Positions 51,193-60,478 of a stretch of DNA of 64,000 nt are shown piece after piece. Both the position numbers and the translations under genes were made by a program. Source of the stretch: Abditibacterium sp. Its GTDB lineage: Bacteria; Armatimonadota; Abditibacteriia; Abditibacteriales; Abditibacteriaceae. The stretch is taken from the NCBI GenBank assembly GCA_965199495.1, contig CBDASK010000003.1, forward strand, positions 4,160,001-4,224,000, written 5' to 3'. Each line of letters starts with the position of its first letter. Positions within the stretch are counted from its first letter, which is position 1. A model generated the notes under the pieces. The model did not search any database. It saw only the letters and a list, made by a program, of their open reading frames with translations, and was not told where the DNA came from.

Positions 51193-51690
51193 CTATAAGT
51201 TCTTGTGTCTTGTCTCAGCACGCCGGAGAACCTTGACGACCTGCGGTAATTTCATCTCTTGAGCATATTGTAACGCAGTTTGACCGCCTTCATTCTGCAA
51301 TAGAGGATTTGCGCCAGCATCAAGTAATAGCTGTGCCGCTTGGGGCGTGGGGGCGAGCATCAAGGCTGTGAACTCACGACCAATTCTTTTATTTACGTCA
51401 GCTCCACCTGTTATTAACACCTTCATAATCTTGAGGTCTGACTTTTCAGTGGCCCAAATCAGAGGAGTGCCTCCAACAAGTCCTCCGGCTCCAATGCGAT
51501 TGGGATTGGCTCCCCTTTGCAAGAGGTTATTTACTTCGGAAGCGTTTCCCGCTTCAATAGCATGGTAAACGTCGGCACTCAAGTATAATTCCCAAATAGC
51601 TCGCCTCACAGGTGTCAAAACGAGCGATAGAAATGCCAATAGCACAATGCCGATAAAAACGGGCCACTTTCGTTTTGATATAGCTTTCAT
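51193..51690 (-). CDS. ankyrin-repeat protein (integron cassette)
   Basis: LLQRGANPN, GTPLIWA, GADVN, TALMLA, GQTALQYA; N-terminal TM; low GC; GGAGG RBS. Confidence 0.9.
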   Translation of the reverse strand: MKAISKRKWPVFIGIVLLAFLSLVLTPVRRAIWELYLSADVYHAIEAGNASEVNNLLQRGANPNRIGAGGLVGGTPLIWATEKSDLKIMKVLITGGADVNKRIGREFTALMLAPTPQAAQLLLDAGANPLLQNEGGQTALQYAQEMKLPQVVKVLRRAETRHKNL

Positions 51691-51758
51691 CTTTTTTACA
51701 CCTCCAACAGCGCATTTGTAATTTCATTATAACTTCCGGCATTCGTCCACGCCACGCG

Positions 51759-51790
51759 CACCGGTAGAACAATGTTATTATGCCGCAAAT
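51759..51790 (-). other. attI site / cassette 5' junction
   Basis: Minus strand GCATAATAACATT-GTTCTACCGGTG; this junction 12-mer matches the reverse complement of the attC R'' side (GTTCTGCCGGTG) at 11/12 nt. Confidence 0.8.
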
Positions 51791-51968
51791 TTACACTTAT
51801 CTGCGGTATAACTCCGTGCAACGCCGGTTATTTTACCGCCAATTCCCTCGCATCGCAAAAAGCGGTATAATACCGTCTATCATGGCTTATCTCCGCAACG
51901 ATGGGCATCGCTCGATGTAACATAACGCGAAATCCATCACTGAATTTATCGAGGCTTGTCGAGCCTAT

Positions 51969-52883
51969 ATGCGCATACGGCGGTTGAGTTTGCAGACCGA
52001 AAAATCGTATCTGGCTTATATCCGGCGTTACCTTGAATTTCACCGGCGCAAGCCGCACGAAATGGGAGAAGCTGAAGTCGAAGAATTCCTGACGCATCTG
52101 GTGATGAGCGACCGTATCGCCAAAGCAACACAAAATGTGGCTTTTAGCGCGCTGCTCACTCTTTACCGCGAGATTTTGGGACTCGAACTCGAAAACGTGA
52201 ATGCGCTTCGGTCACAGCGGCCACGGCGCGCGCCTGTTGTCTTATCCAAAAGCGAAATCCAACGGGTTTTTGCCCGACTCCCGCCGCAGCAATGGTTAAT
52301 TGCTGCGGTGATCTACGGCGCTGGTCTGCGTTTGTTCGAGTGCCAGCGCTTGCGCGTCAAAGATGTAGATTTCGAGAACGGTTTGTTGATGATTCGCGCG
52401 GGCAAAGGCAACAAAGACCGGCCCGCCGTATTTCCGCAATCTTTATACCGCGCGCTCTACGATCATCTGAGCGAAGCCAGGGCGGCGTGGCTGCTCGCGC
52501 AAGCGGCGCAACCCTTGCCGGTTTCAATGCCCGACGCGTTGGCGCGCAAATATCCGGGCGCGCCGTTTGAGTGGAGCTGGCAATATGTCTTCTCCGCTCC
52601 CAAACCTTCGATTGACCCGCTCGATGGAACGCTCAAGCGCCATCATTTTCTGGAAGACACTTTTCAACGCGCGCTCAAAAAGGCGACCGCCCAAACCAAC
52701 GTCAATAAGAAAGTTTCGCCCCACACGCTGCGCCATTCGTTCGCCACGCACCTGCTCGAAAGCGGCTACGACATTCGCACCGTGCAAGATTTGCTGGGCC
52801 ACAAAGATATTCGCACCACGCAAATTTATCTGCACACCATGAATCGGCCCGGATTGGGCGTTAAAAGCCCGCTCGATGCTTAA
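51969..52883 (+). CDS. intI: integron integrase
   Basis: YGAGLR, GKGNKDR, IntI-specific patch ALARKYP..WQYVF..RHH, HTLRHSFATHLLESGYDIRTVQDLLGH..TTQIY. Confidence 0.96.
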   Translation: MRIRRLSLQTEKSYLAYIRRYLEFHRRKPHEMGEAEVEEFLTHLVMSDRIAKATQNVAFSALLTLYREILGLELENVNALRSQRPRRAPVVLSKSEIQRVFARLPPQQWLIAAVIYGAGLRLFECQRLRVKDVDFENGLLMIRAGKGNKDRPAVFPQSLYRALYDHLSEARAAWLLAQAAQPLPVSMPDALARKYPGAPFEWSWQYVFSAPKPSIDPLDGTLKRHHFLEDTFQRALKKATAQTNVNKKVSPHTLRHSFATHLLESGYDIRTVQDLLGHKDIRTTQIYLHTMNRPGLGVKSPLDA

Positions 52884-52940
52884 ACTGCGCGGCGCCGTCG
52901 CGTGATTGGTGCAAACTGTGGCGGACATCCGGCGCTTTTT

Positions 52941-53813
52941 ATGTTATTGACTCCCGCTCAACTCAAAACTCTCGACGTTTTAGCTTTGCACGCGCGCAAG
53001 GCGTTTACCGGCGCCAGCAAAGGCGAGAAACGTTCGACCCGGCGCGGCAGTTCGGTCGAGTTCGCCGATTTTCGCTCTTACAATTCGGGCGACGATATTC
53101 GCCGCGTGGATTGGAATGCTTATGCGCGCACCGACAAACTCTATATGAAAATGTTCCTCGAAGAAGAGGATTTGGACGTGTCTTTTTTGATTGACGCGTC
53201 GGCTTCGATGAGTTGGGGCGAGCCGACCAAACTGCGCGCCGCCTGCGAAATCGCCGGAGCATTGGGCTACATCGGCCTCGTCAATTACGACCGCGTTTCG
53301 GCTTCAACGTTCGGCGAAAAATTGCGCGACCGCTTTCCTCCGGCGCGCGGCAAAGGCGCGGCGGGGCAACTGTTTAACTTTCTGGAAAAACCGCAAGCCG
53401 ACGGCGTGGCTGACTTTAGTGAGGCGACACGATTGCTTTCATTGCAATCGCGCCGTTCGGGTCTGGCGATGGTGATTTCGGATTTCTTGTTTCCCGAAGG
53501 CTACGAAACCGGCCTCAAAACTTTGGCCGCGCGCGGCTTCGAGACGACGTGCATACAAGTGTTGGCGCGCGAAGAGTTGGAGCCGACCCTACGCGGCGAT
53601 TTGAAGTTGGTGGATGCTGAAGATGGTTCGATTAAAGAAATCACCATGTCGGCTTCGTTGCTGAAAAATTACAAAATTAATCTCGATAATTATACTGGCG
53701 GGTTGCGCGCGTTCTGTTTGCGATACGGCATGAATTACGTTTTGGCGGGCAACGATACGCCAATTGAAGAAACAGTTTCCAATCTTCTGCGCAAAGCCGG
53801 TGTCGTGCGGTAG
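52941..53813 (+). CDS. DUF58 domain protein (MoxR-associated vWA-like)
   Basis: GSSVEFADFRSY..GDDIRRVDWN, IDASASM, ISDFL. Confidence 0.9.
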   Translation: MLLTPAQLKTLDVLALHARKAFTGASKGEKRSTRRGSSVEFADFRSYNSGDDIRRVDWNAYARTDKLYMKMFLEEEDLDVSFLIDASASMSWGEPTKLRAACEIAGALGYIGLVNYDRVSASTFGEKLRDRFPPARGKGAAGQLFNFLEKPQADGVADFSEATRLLSLQSRRSGLAMVISDFLFPEGYETGLKTLAARGFETTCIQVLAREELEPTLRGDLKLVDAEDGSIKEITMSASLLKNYKINLDNYTGGLRAFCLRYGMNYVLAGNDTPIEETVSNLLRKAGVVR

Positions 53814-54085
53814 TTTTCACGCGTGCCAAGGTCGCTATTTTCATTGATGGTGACTTTTGGCACGGTTACGACTTCGATTCTTGGAAACACAAATTACAAC
53901 CGAAGTGGAGAGAAAAGATAGAAGCCAATATCAATCGGGACGAGCGCAACTTCGCCCAGTTGAAAGAATTGGGTTGGATCGTCACGAGAATTTGGGGACA
54001 CGAAATCAAAGCAGACACAAACGAATGTATTGAGAGAATCGAACGAGTGTTGAAAGCGCAATTCGAAATTACTGAAAGCGATTGA
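53810..54085 (+). pseudogene. vsr: 5'-truncated very-short-patch repair endonuclease
   Basis: Frame reads VVFTRAKVAIFIDGDFWHG..KIEANINRD..L.ELGW.V.RIWGHEI; no start codon and the N-terminal half is missing. Confidence 0.85.
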
Positions 54086-54092
54086 GCCTCAT

Positions 54093-54953
54093 ATGCCCCA
54101 CGATTTCTCCGATGAAATCCAAGTCGCCTTTGATCGCTACGAAGCCGAGCGCGATGCCCGCGTCGAGTTGCCACCGCTCCGCTTCGTAGGCGGCCCCTAC
54201 TTTCCGGCGCGCGTCAAAAAAGGCGACATCCTCCAATGCGCGCGTCTGGGCGAGATGCGCGTCGTTGGCTGGAGTGACGGGCCGTTGCCGTGGCCCAAAG
54301 GCGTGCGAGGACGAGGTGGGCCACCCTCGCTAATTCTTTTCGCCGATCTGGAGAAGGCAGTGCGCGTCGAGAGCGCGGTCGCCGTGGCCTTGGCGTGGGG
54401 CGTGTCGCGCAACTCCGTCCGCGACTGGCGCGCGGCTCTGGGGGTTGGGCCTATTACGCAAGGCACGGCAGCGCGCCATAAACAGAACAAGCCCGCGATT
54501 TGCGCTGGCATAGATTACGAAGCGATTTCTCGCATATGCCACACGCCCGAAAAGACTGAAAAAGCGCGTTTGACGCGTCTCGCTAATGGTCACAAAAAGC
54601 GGCAGTGGAGCGCCGAAGAAGTCGCTTGGATGGGACAATTGAGCGACGCCGAAATCGCCGAACGCCTTGGTTGCAACAAGCTCACCGTCGCCCGCGAGCG
54701 CAATCGGCGCGGCATTGCCGGGCGTTTCACCGGATGTAGCGCCGATTTACCTCCGGTTGATCCATCCAAGATTCGGGCGCGACGTTTGGCCCTTGGCCTG
54801 ACTCAGCAAGAGGTCGGCGCTCGAATGGGGAAGGCGAAAGACCGGGTTATTCAACTGGAAGCCGCGATTTCAAAGCGAGCCAAACCCGAAACTCTCGAAC
54901 ACCTCGCTCAAGCTCTCGAATGTGAAAAGCGCGATTTGCAACCGGATTGGTAG
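54093..54953 (+). CDS. multi-HTH DNA-binding protein with C-terminal XRE domain
   Basis: AVALAWGVSRNSVRDWR, SDAEIAERLG, IRARRLALGLTQQEVGARMG..LAQALEC. Confidence 0.75.
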   Translation: MPHDFSDEIQVAFDRYEAERDARVELPPLRFVGGPYFPARVKKGDILQCARLGEMRVVGWSDGPLPWPKGVRGRGGPPSLILFADLEKAVRVESAVAVALAWGVSRNSVRDWRAALGVGPITQGTAARHKQNKPAICAGIDYEAISRICHTPEKTEKARLTRLANGHKKRQWSAEEVAWMGQLSDAEIAERLGCNKLTVARERNRRGIAGRFTGCSADLPPVDPSKIRARRLALGLTQQEVGARMGKAKDRVIQLEAAISKRAKPETLEHLAQALECEKRDLQPDW

Positions 54954-54971
54954 GTCATCGCCTCAAATGGA

Positions 54972-57900
54972 TCAACTGACGACCGGTTCGGCGCGCATCG
55001 GAAACGGCAACACGCGCGGCACCGTGGTTTGCGAAGTCGCGATGGCGCCCTGCGCTTCCGACAAAGCGCTGCGTTGATAGACGAACAAAACGCCGCTTTG
55101 CCGCGTGCCAACGAGCAAACGTTCATCGCGCTGCGCCACCGGCTCCGCGTCGCCTTCCCCCGCCAAAGCTGGCAGATCGAGCGCGAACAATTCGAGCGCA
55201 CTCACGCCTTCCACGGTTTTATCAGCCAGATCGAGAGGTAACGTCAATTCGACTTCATCGAACCACGCGCCGTTTTGTCGCTGCCCACTGAGCCAATCGC
55301 CCGCGCCGCCCGCCACGCCGCGCGGTGGCCATGCGCCCGCCGCTTCGCCAATCGCGCCCCCGCTCCACGTCGCGACGCCGCCAATCGCGCCGTCGCGCGT
55401 CAGTGTGCGCGTATATTCAGTCGCCCCGCTTTTCCAAACTTCGCCGTTTTCCAAGCCCACGAAGTCGCTCGACGCCGCCGTAACCGCCGCGCCAAAAGTG
55501 TGCGTCAGCGACGGCGCCGCCACGCCGTCCGCCGAAGTCCATAACGCGCCCGCCGTGGCGACCGCCAAACCGGCGCCGACCGGCGCGCAAAACGTCACCG
55601 CGTCGGCTAACTCCCACACCAAACGCGGCGCGCCAAAGCTCAAATCGTAGCAACGTGTGGACGGCGTTTGTGTCGCGTCCACGTAAAGCGCCAGTGCGCG
55701 CGTGCCCACGACATCGACAAAACGGGGCGCCCGCGTTTCGCCGCGCACGGTGTAGGCCAGCGCCACTTGCCCGGCATCAGTGTCGAACGCGAACAGTTCA
55801 CCGGGCCGCACGACAAACAATTTATCGCCCAACAGCGCGGCGTCGGAGGCGTCGCCAGCGACGTTATCCGCGCCAACGAAAATCGGCGTCAACTGGCCAT
55901 CGTAAATGAACGCCTTCGCCGGATCGGTGCCCCACACCAGATGTTTCCCCGGCTCGATTTGGCGCAGTTTTATAACCGTCGCGGTGCCCGTCGAGAAAGC
56001 CGACAAAACCCACTGCTTCGTCCATTTTTCGCGCATTCGTATCTCTGCCAGATGCGGCAAGTTCAACGTGACCGGCGCGCCATACTGGGCGCGCGCGATG
56101 CGGTTGCCCTGCGCGCTTTGCGTCTCGCCGCGTTGCAGCACAATCGGCTGATGCTTGAGCCAATCTTCGTGCTGATACGGCCCATCCAAAGCGGTGCCAC
56201 TGCGCACGCCATGCTGCACCCAGAAATTGCGCGCCGTATTTTCAGCCGTCGGCCACACCTCGATGCCGACGTTGGCGCGCCCGATGACCTGACCGGCGGG
56301 CGCATCGAAACGGTAAACGTCGCGATAGAAGACGTTGCCGTGTAGCGAGTTTTCGACGACAACCGCGCGCGACATTTCGGCAAAGCAGCAATCGCTTCCA
56401 CGCGCGCGCACGCGCAAACTTTTGGCACCAGAACTATAATCAAGCGGCGAAAAATAGAAGGCGTAAACGCCGTTGCGCGGCGTGCCCGACGTGCGCGATA
56501 ACTGCACGACCGGCAACAGATAATCGCCCAGATACAACTCGATTTGCGCATCTGCGGTATCGAGCGACGCGCACGCATCGTCGGGCAAGAGCGGCACGCC
56601 GCATTCGTTCACGGTTTCGCCCGTATCGGCGAGCGAAAAGCGCAGCCACGTCGGGCGCGAAATAACTGCGTTTTCGTCGGGCGCAATCCACGCGATTTGC
56701 AGCGCTTCGGACGCCAGCGTAACCGTCGCGCTCCACGGCCCCCATGCGCCCGCGCCCACATCGTTGACGCCGCGCGCGCGATATTTGCGCGCGCTTTGTC
56801 CCGCGTCTGCATCGTCAAACGTCGCGGTCGCGATGACGAGATTGGGCGCATCGTCGCGCGCGAGTTCGAGCGAAGTCGCGCGCGGCGGCAAAGCGGGCGC
56901 GGTGACGACGATTTTATCCTGTTCGCAGTTTTTGGTCGCCGTGGGCGCGACGGGCGCATCCGGCGCCATCGGCGCGCCAGTCGGAACCGGAATACACGGC
57001 CCGCCTTCGACCTCACGATAAAAACCCGGCTCACAACAGTCGCAATCTTCGCCCGAACCGCTCCCCGAACCGCTCCCCGAACCGCTCCCCGAACCGCCCC
57101 CCGAACCGCTCCCCGAACCGCTCCCCGAACCGGATTCGATGCTTTCGGAAATCTGAGACTGGTCACTCAAATGACAATCATTCGCGTCTAAAAGCGCGAG
57201 GTTAAATGTCAAAAGTCGCGGCTCATCAAACTCGCTATACGCGGAACCAGAAAACGAATAGCGTTTGTAAACGTGGATGCCGACTTGCCCCGTGGAATCG
57301 TTGCCAAATTCGTCTTTGACGGTTTCCACAACCGCGCTCGTGGAAACGTCCCCTTGTTCACAGGAAAACGTTTCAACGGCCAATGGGCCACGCGCGATTA
57401 TCCTGCGACTAAATGTAAAGTGATTGCCGTAACTAAAATTACCCGAACTCGAAGGCGAATCTACGCTGCCTATCTCATTAAAATTGTAATTGCTAACATC
57501 TATTCGGACAATGCACGCTTCAATATATCGTTTAAAGCCGTCAACGTCCGGGCCGACACCTCCGCGCGTGGTGAAATAAATCTCTCCATTGAGCGCGCCT
57601 TCAAGGTCATCAAACTCGTAAATCTGACCGGTGAAATCGGCGGGGGGAGTGTTGGTTTTATACCAATCAATAGATTTGCCGTCGAATTCGCCTTCGACAA
57701 GCTCAACCGCCGTGGCTGTGTAACGCCGCGTCTCTAAATCAAACCTCAGTTTGATGCGCGGCGATGATTCGTAATTATCGGAGCCGGAGCCACTACCAGA
57801 ACCCGAACCGGAACCCGAACCGGAACCCGAACCCGAACCAGAGCCGGAACCCGAACCAGAGCCGGAACCGCTACCAGAGCCGGAACCGCTACCAGAGCCG

Positions 57901-58127
57901 GAACCGCTACCAGAGCCGGAACCGCTACCAGAGCCGGAACCGCTACCAGAGCCGGAACCGCTACCAGAGCCGGTGCCGCTACCAGAGCCGGTGCCGGTGC
58001 CGGTGCCAGAAGGCGTGCCGATTGGAACGCACTCGCCCGTTCCATCCTGTCGAAAATATCCAGGCGGACATTCGCCCGTTCCAAAACCTGAACTGCTACC
58101 AGAACCTGAACCGCTATTATTTTGCAT
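54972..58127 (-). CDS. large (Gly-Ser)n-repeat protein with Cys-rich motifs, FN3-like and beta-propeller-like regions; putative virion protein
   Basis: GS tracts, CPPGY..C and CEPGF..C motifs, Y.ARGVN.VG.G.W..WS FN3-like motif. Confidence 0.7.
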   Translation of the reverse strand: MQNNSGSGSGSSSGFGTGECPPGYFRQDGTGECVPIGTPSGTGTGTGSGSGTGSGSGSGSGSGSGSGSGSGSGSGSGSGSGSGSGSGSGSGSGSGSGSGSGSGSGSGSGSGSGSGSDNYESSPRIKLRFDLETRRYTATAVELVEGEFDGKSIDWYKTNTPPADFTGQIYEFDDLEGALNGEIYFTTRGGVGPDVDGFKRYIEACIVRIDVSNYNFNEIGSVDSPSSSGNFSYGNHFTFSRRIIARGPLAVETFSCEQGDVSTSAVVETVKDEFGNDSTGQVGIHVYKRYSFSGSAYSEFDEPRLLTFNLALLDANDCHLSDQSQISESIESGSGSGSGSGSGGGSGSGSGSGSGSGSGEDCDCCEPGFYREVEGGPCIPVPTGAPMAPDAPVAPTATKNCEQDKIVVTAPALPPRATSLELARDDAPNLVIATATFDDADAGQSARKYRARGVNDVGAGAWGPWSATVTLASEALQIAWIAPDENAVISRPTWLRFSLADTGETVNECGVPLLPDDACASLDTADAQIELYLGDYLLPVVQLSRTSGTPRNGVYAFYFSPLDYSSGAKSLRVRARGSDCCFAEMSRAVVVENSLHGNVFYRDVYRFDAPAGQVIGRANVGIEVWPTAENTARNFWVQHGVRSGTALDGPYQHEDWLKHQPIVLQRGETQSAQGNRIARAQYGAPVTLNLPHLAEIRMREKWTKQWVLSAFSTGTATVIKLRQIEPGKHLVWGTDPAKAFIYDGQLTPIFVGADNVAGDASDAALLGDKLFVVRPGELFAFDTDAGQVALAYTVRGETRAPRFVDVVGTRALALYVDATQTPSTRCYDLSFGAPRLVWELADAVTFCAPVGAGLAVATAGALWTSADGVAAPSLTHTFGAAVTAASSDFVGLENGEVWKSGATEYTRTLTRDGAIGGVATWSGGAIGEAAGAWPPRGVAGGAGDWLSGQRQNGAWFDEVELTLPLDLADKTVEGVSALELFALDLPALAGEGDAEPVAQRDERLLVGTRQSGVLFVYQRSALSEAQGAIATSQTTVPRVLPFPMRAEPVVS
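57052..57132 (-). repeat. 12-bp tandem repeat encoding (GS)n
   Basis: CCCGAACCGCTC, about 6.7 copies, one variant. Confidence 0.9.
57781..58010 (-). repeat. 18-bp/6-bp tandem repeats encoding the long (GS)n tract
   Basis: ACCAGAGCCGGAACCGCT x6 exact (57855-57962) plus flanking variants. Confidence 0.92.
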
Positions 58128-58956
58128 TATTTAGAACCTCTTTTAAAACTGTCTCTGGCGAAATCGAACTGAGCGCACTGCACCCTCTATCGCACGCATC
58201 CGAATAGCTTTTCTCGCGTTGCCAGCCGCAAAACCGACACTTCGTATCAGGCGTAACCGCGCGAACTTCGCTGCAACTCCACAAAATTTGCGGCGCTAAC
58301 TGCGCGTGAATCGCCACCGTCGGCGCGCCCAAAAGCCCCGCGTAATGTGCGATGCCGGAATCGTTGCCCACAACGCAGCGCGCGGCTAAAATCGCATCGC
58401 CAACCCACGCCGCATCGTGCCCGTAAACCCAACTCATCCAACTTCCCAGATAGCCAAATTCGACCTGCGCGCGCGCCGCGTCCGCCGCCGTGACCAGCGC
58501 CACCACGTCGAAACCGCCCGCGTGCAGCAGTTCCGCCAGCCGCGCGAAATGCGGCGACGGCCATTCGCGCGCGCGCCACGCCGAAAACGGCGATAACAAA
58601 ACCACGTTCGTTTTGCCGCGAACACCGTGCGTCGCCGCACGGTGTTCGCGATTGATTTTCGCTGGCGCGGCGGGCGCAAACGGTTCGATGCCCGCGCCGC
58701 GCGCGATGGAATCGCAGTAGTAACGTTTGCGGTCAGAGCCGCTTCGGATATGAGCTTCATAATCGCTGTTACAGTTAATGCCAGTTTCGGCATGAGCCAA
58801 AAGCGTGAGGTTCGGATGCGAAACGCGCGCGAACCAATCGTGATGGCGCGCGTGGTAAATCACCTCATGTCCGGCGTTAGCGGCGCCGCACGCGGCATAG
58901 AGCGCGCACACGCTGTCGCCGATTCCGCCCGCCGAATTGTAGAGATTAAGCTGCAT
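58117..58956 (-). CDS. glycosyltransferase family 9 (heptosyltransferase-like)
   Basis: [42 protein letters not shown]-terminal CxxC..C..C..ISPETV. Confidence 0.85.
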   Translation of the reverse strand: MQLNLYNSAGGIGDSVCALYAACGAANAGHEVIYHARHHDWFARVSHPNLTLLAHAETGINCNSDYEAHIRSGSDRKRYYCDSIARGAGIEPFAPAAPAKINREHRAATHGVRGKTNVVLLSPFSAWRAREWPSPHFARLAELLHAGGFDVVALVTAADAARAQVEFGYLGSWMSWVYGHDAAWVGDAILAARCVVGNDSGIAHYAGLLGAPTVAIHAQLAPQILWSCSEVRAVTPDTKCRFCGWQREKSYSDACDRGCSALSSISPETVLKEVLNNAK

Positions 58957-59020
58957 GAGACACCCCGATTTGTTCGGCGATTACGTCCATATAAGATCTG
59001 AGTTATACCGATCGCGTTTT

Positions 59021-59269
59021 TTAAATTTCTGCGCCCGTCTCGTCGTCCAATTGCGCGATTTTCTCGGCGCGTATCTGCGCGAGATAGGGCGCGCACAGCG
59101 TTTCGCATAATTTTCGCGCGCCAAAATCTGCGCGCGAAATCGGATTTGGCGACGTTGTGCCGTCAGCGTTGAGAATGAGTTCTTGATACCCTGCGCTGTC
59201 AGCATAAGCGTCCACCGCATCTTTCTGTTTTTGGTTCGATGTTTTGATGTTGATTTGAAGTTTTGACAT
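59021..59269 (-). CDS. small protein after the tail fibre gene (possible fibre chaperone)
   Basis: 82 aa from ATG 59269, directly downstream of the fibre-like gene. Confidence 0.55.
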   Translation of the reverse strand: MSKLQINIKTSNQKQKDAVDAYADSAGYQELILNADGTTSPNPISRADFGARKLCETLCAPYLAQIRAEKIAQLDDETGAEI

Positions 59270-59279
59270 GATTTTGATG

Positions 59280-60470
59280 TTAGTTCTTGGATTCGACGCG
59301 CCAAAAAGTGCCCTCGCTGACAAGGACGACGCACGCGAATTGCGCTGTTAATACCACGTCGCCGCCCGCGAGATTTGTGACCGTTAGCGTGTTTGATGCG
59401 ACTGTTTTCCATATCGAATAACGCCGACCGGGACACGTTGACGCGGCGGGCAATGACTGAGAAATGCTCGCGTTTGTCGTATCGAATCCGATGCTGTGAT
59501 GTTGTTCTGATAACGTCACAGCGTCGGTTGAGACAATGTGCGAACCTAATGCGACACTGCCGTTGCCGTGCAAATGCGAGTGAGGCGCCGTCACTCCCGC
59601 AAAACCTACTTTATTTAGAGCAATTGTGAGCGGATAATAAACGACCCCATCACCATAATTCTCCGTTAAAAATCTGTGATATGGTTCATAACGCCCGTTA
59701 TAAACCATGCCATTATTCCGTTGAATTGACATGTTCACACCGCCCCAAAAAATTAAATTTGGCCCCATATTCAAAGACGGCATTGACTCAATTCCCGTTA
59801 CCCCGCCAAAATTTGCGGTGTAGTCCTTTTGTGCAGGGTCTCCGAAATAGATTCTGCGCGAACCTGTGTTGCTACTGATAAAAATAGCGTCAACGGCAGG
59901 ATTGGCGGGGTCGGGTCGTAACTCAATTTTCGCTCCAGCGCTACCGGGCAGGTTCGCGATTTTGTTGAGGTCTAAACGATTCGCTGAAAATGGTGCGTTA
60001 AGATTCGTAAATCTCCCGTCATCGCCCGCCGCCGCGCCGATATTGCCCCGCGCCGTCGCCTGTTCCGCCGTCGTCAATCCGCCCAACAGACGCGCCGCCT
60101 TGCCCTGAATCGCTGTCCAAAGATTCGCGAGAACATTGCGCAAAAACGACGACGCGCCCTCGTTGGTAACATCGAGCGTGGGGAGACCGCTGTCGTCAAT
60201 CGCATCAATCGCGGCTTGCAGTGATTCAAAATCATCCGCGCTCGCAGCCTCAATCGCATTACGTCCCGCTTCTGCGTCTGACGACGTGAGCAACGCGCGC
60301 CCGGTGCCGGTTGCGTCGCTGATTTTGTCTGAGGTGACATCGCCGACGCCGTCGCTGACATCGCCGCCCTGCACAATGCTATGCGTGGCCGGATCGTAAG
60401 CCAGGGAGACCGCGCCAAGCGCCGCTTGAAAGGGCGCGGTGTCAACAGTAATAAATCGTGGAAGTCGCAT
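59280..60470 (-). CDS. tail fibre / receptor-binding-like protein
   Basis: ISDAT.TGRALLT..DA..GR.AI, LT.AEQ..AR.NIGA, VG..GVTAP.S.LH, LPAASTCPGRRY motifs typical of fibres. Confidence 0.65.
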   Translation of the reverse strand: MRLPRFITVDTAPFQAALGAVSLAYDPATHSIVQGGDVSDGVGDVTSDKISDATGTGRALLTSSDAEAGRNAIEAASADDFESLQAAIDAIDDSGLPTLDVTNEGASSFLRNVLANLWTAIQGKAARLLGGLTTAEQATARGNIGAAAGDDGRFTNLNAPFSANRLDLNKIANLPGSAGAKIELRPDPANPAVDAIFISSNTGSRRIYFGDPAQKDYTANFGGVTGIESMPSLNMGPNLIFWGGVNMSIQRNNGMVYNGRYEPYHRFLTENYGDGVVYYPLTIALNKVGFAGVTAPHSHLHGNGSVALGSHIVSTDAVTLSEQHHSIGFDTTNASISQSLPAASTCPGRRYSIWKTVASNTLTVTNLAGGDVVLTAQFACVVLVSEGTFWRVESKN

Positions 60471-60478
60471 GATGAAAA

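Larger units (their letters stand above)
51071..52883. mobile_element. integron: intI + attI + one gene cassette
   Basis: IntI divergent from an attI-cassette-attC unit. Confidence 0.9.

Noticed and set aside
51969..52883. Integrase of the neighbouring prophage
   Set aside because: It has the IntI-specific insertion and an adjacent attI/attC, so it is an integron integrase.
57781..58010. Possible CRISPR or non-coding repeat; also the plus-strand ORF 57764..58207 (RYQSRN repeats)
   Set aside because: The repeats are in-frame Gly-Ser codons of the minus-strand gene; the other frames are shadows.
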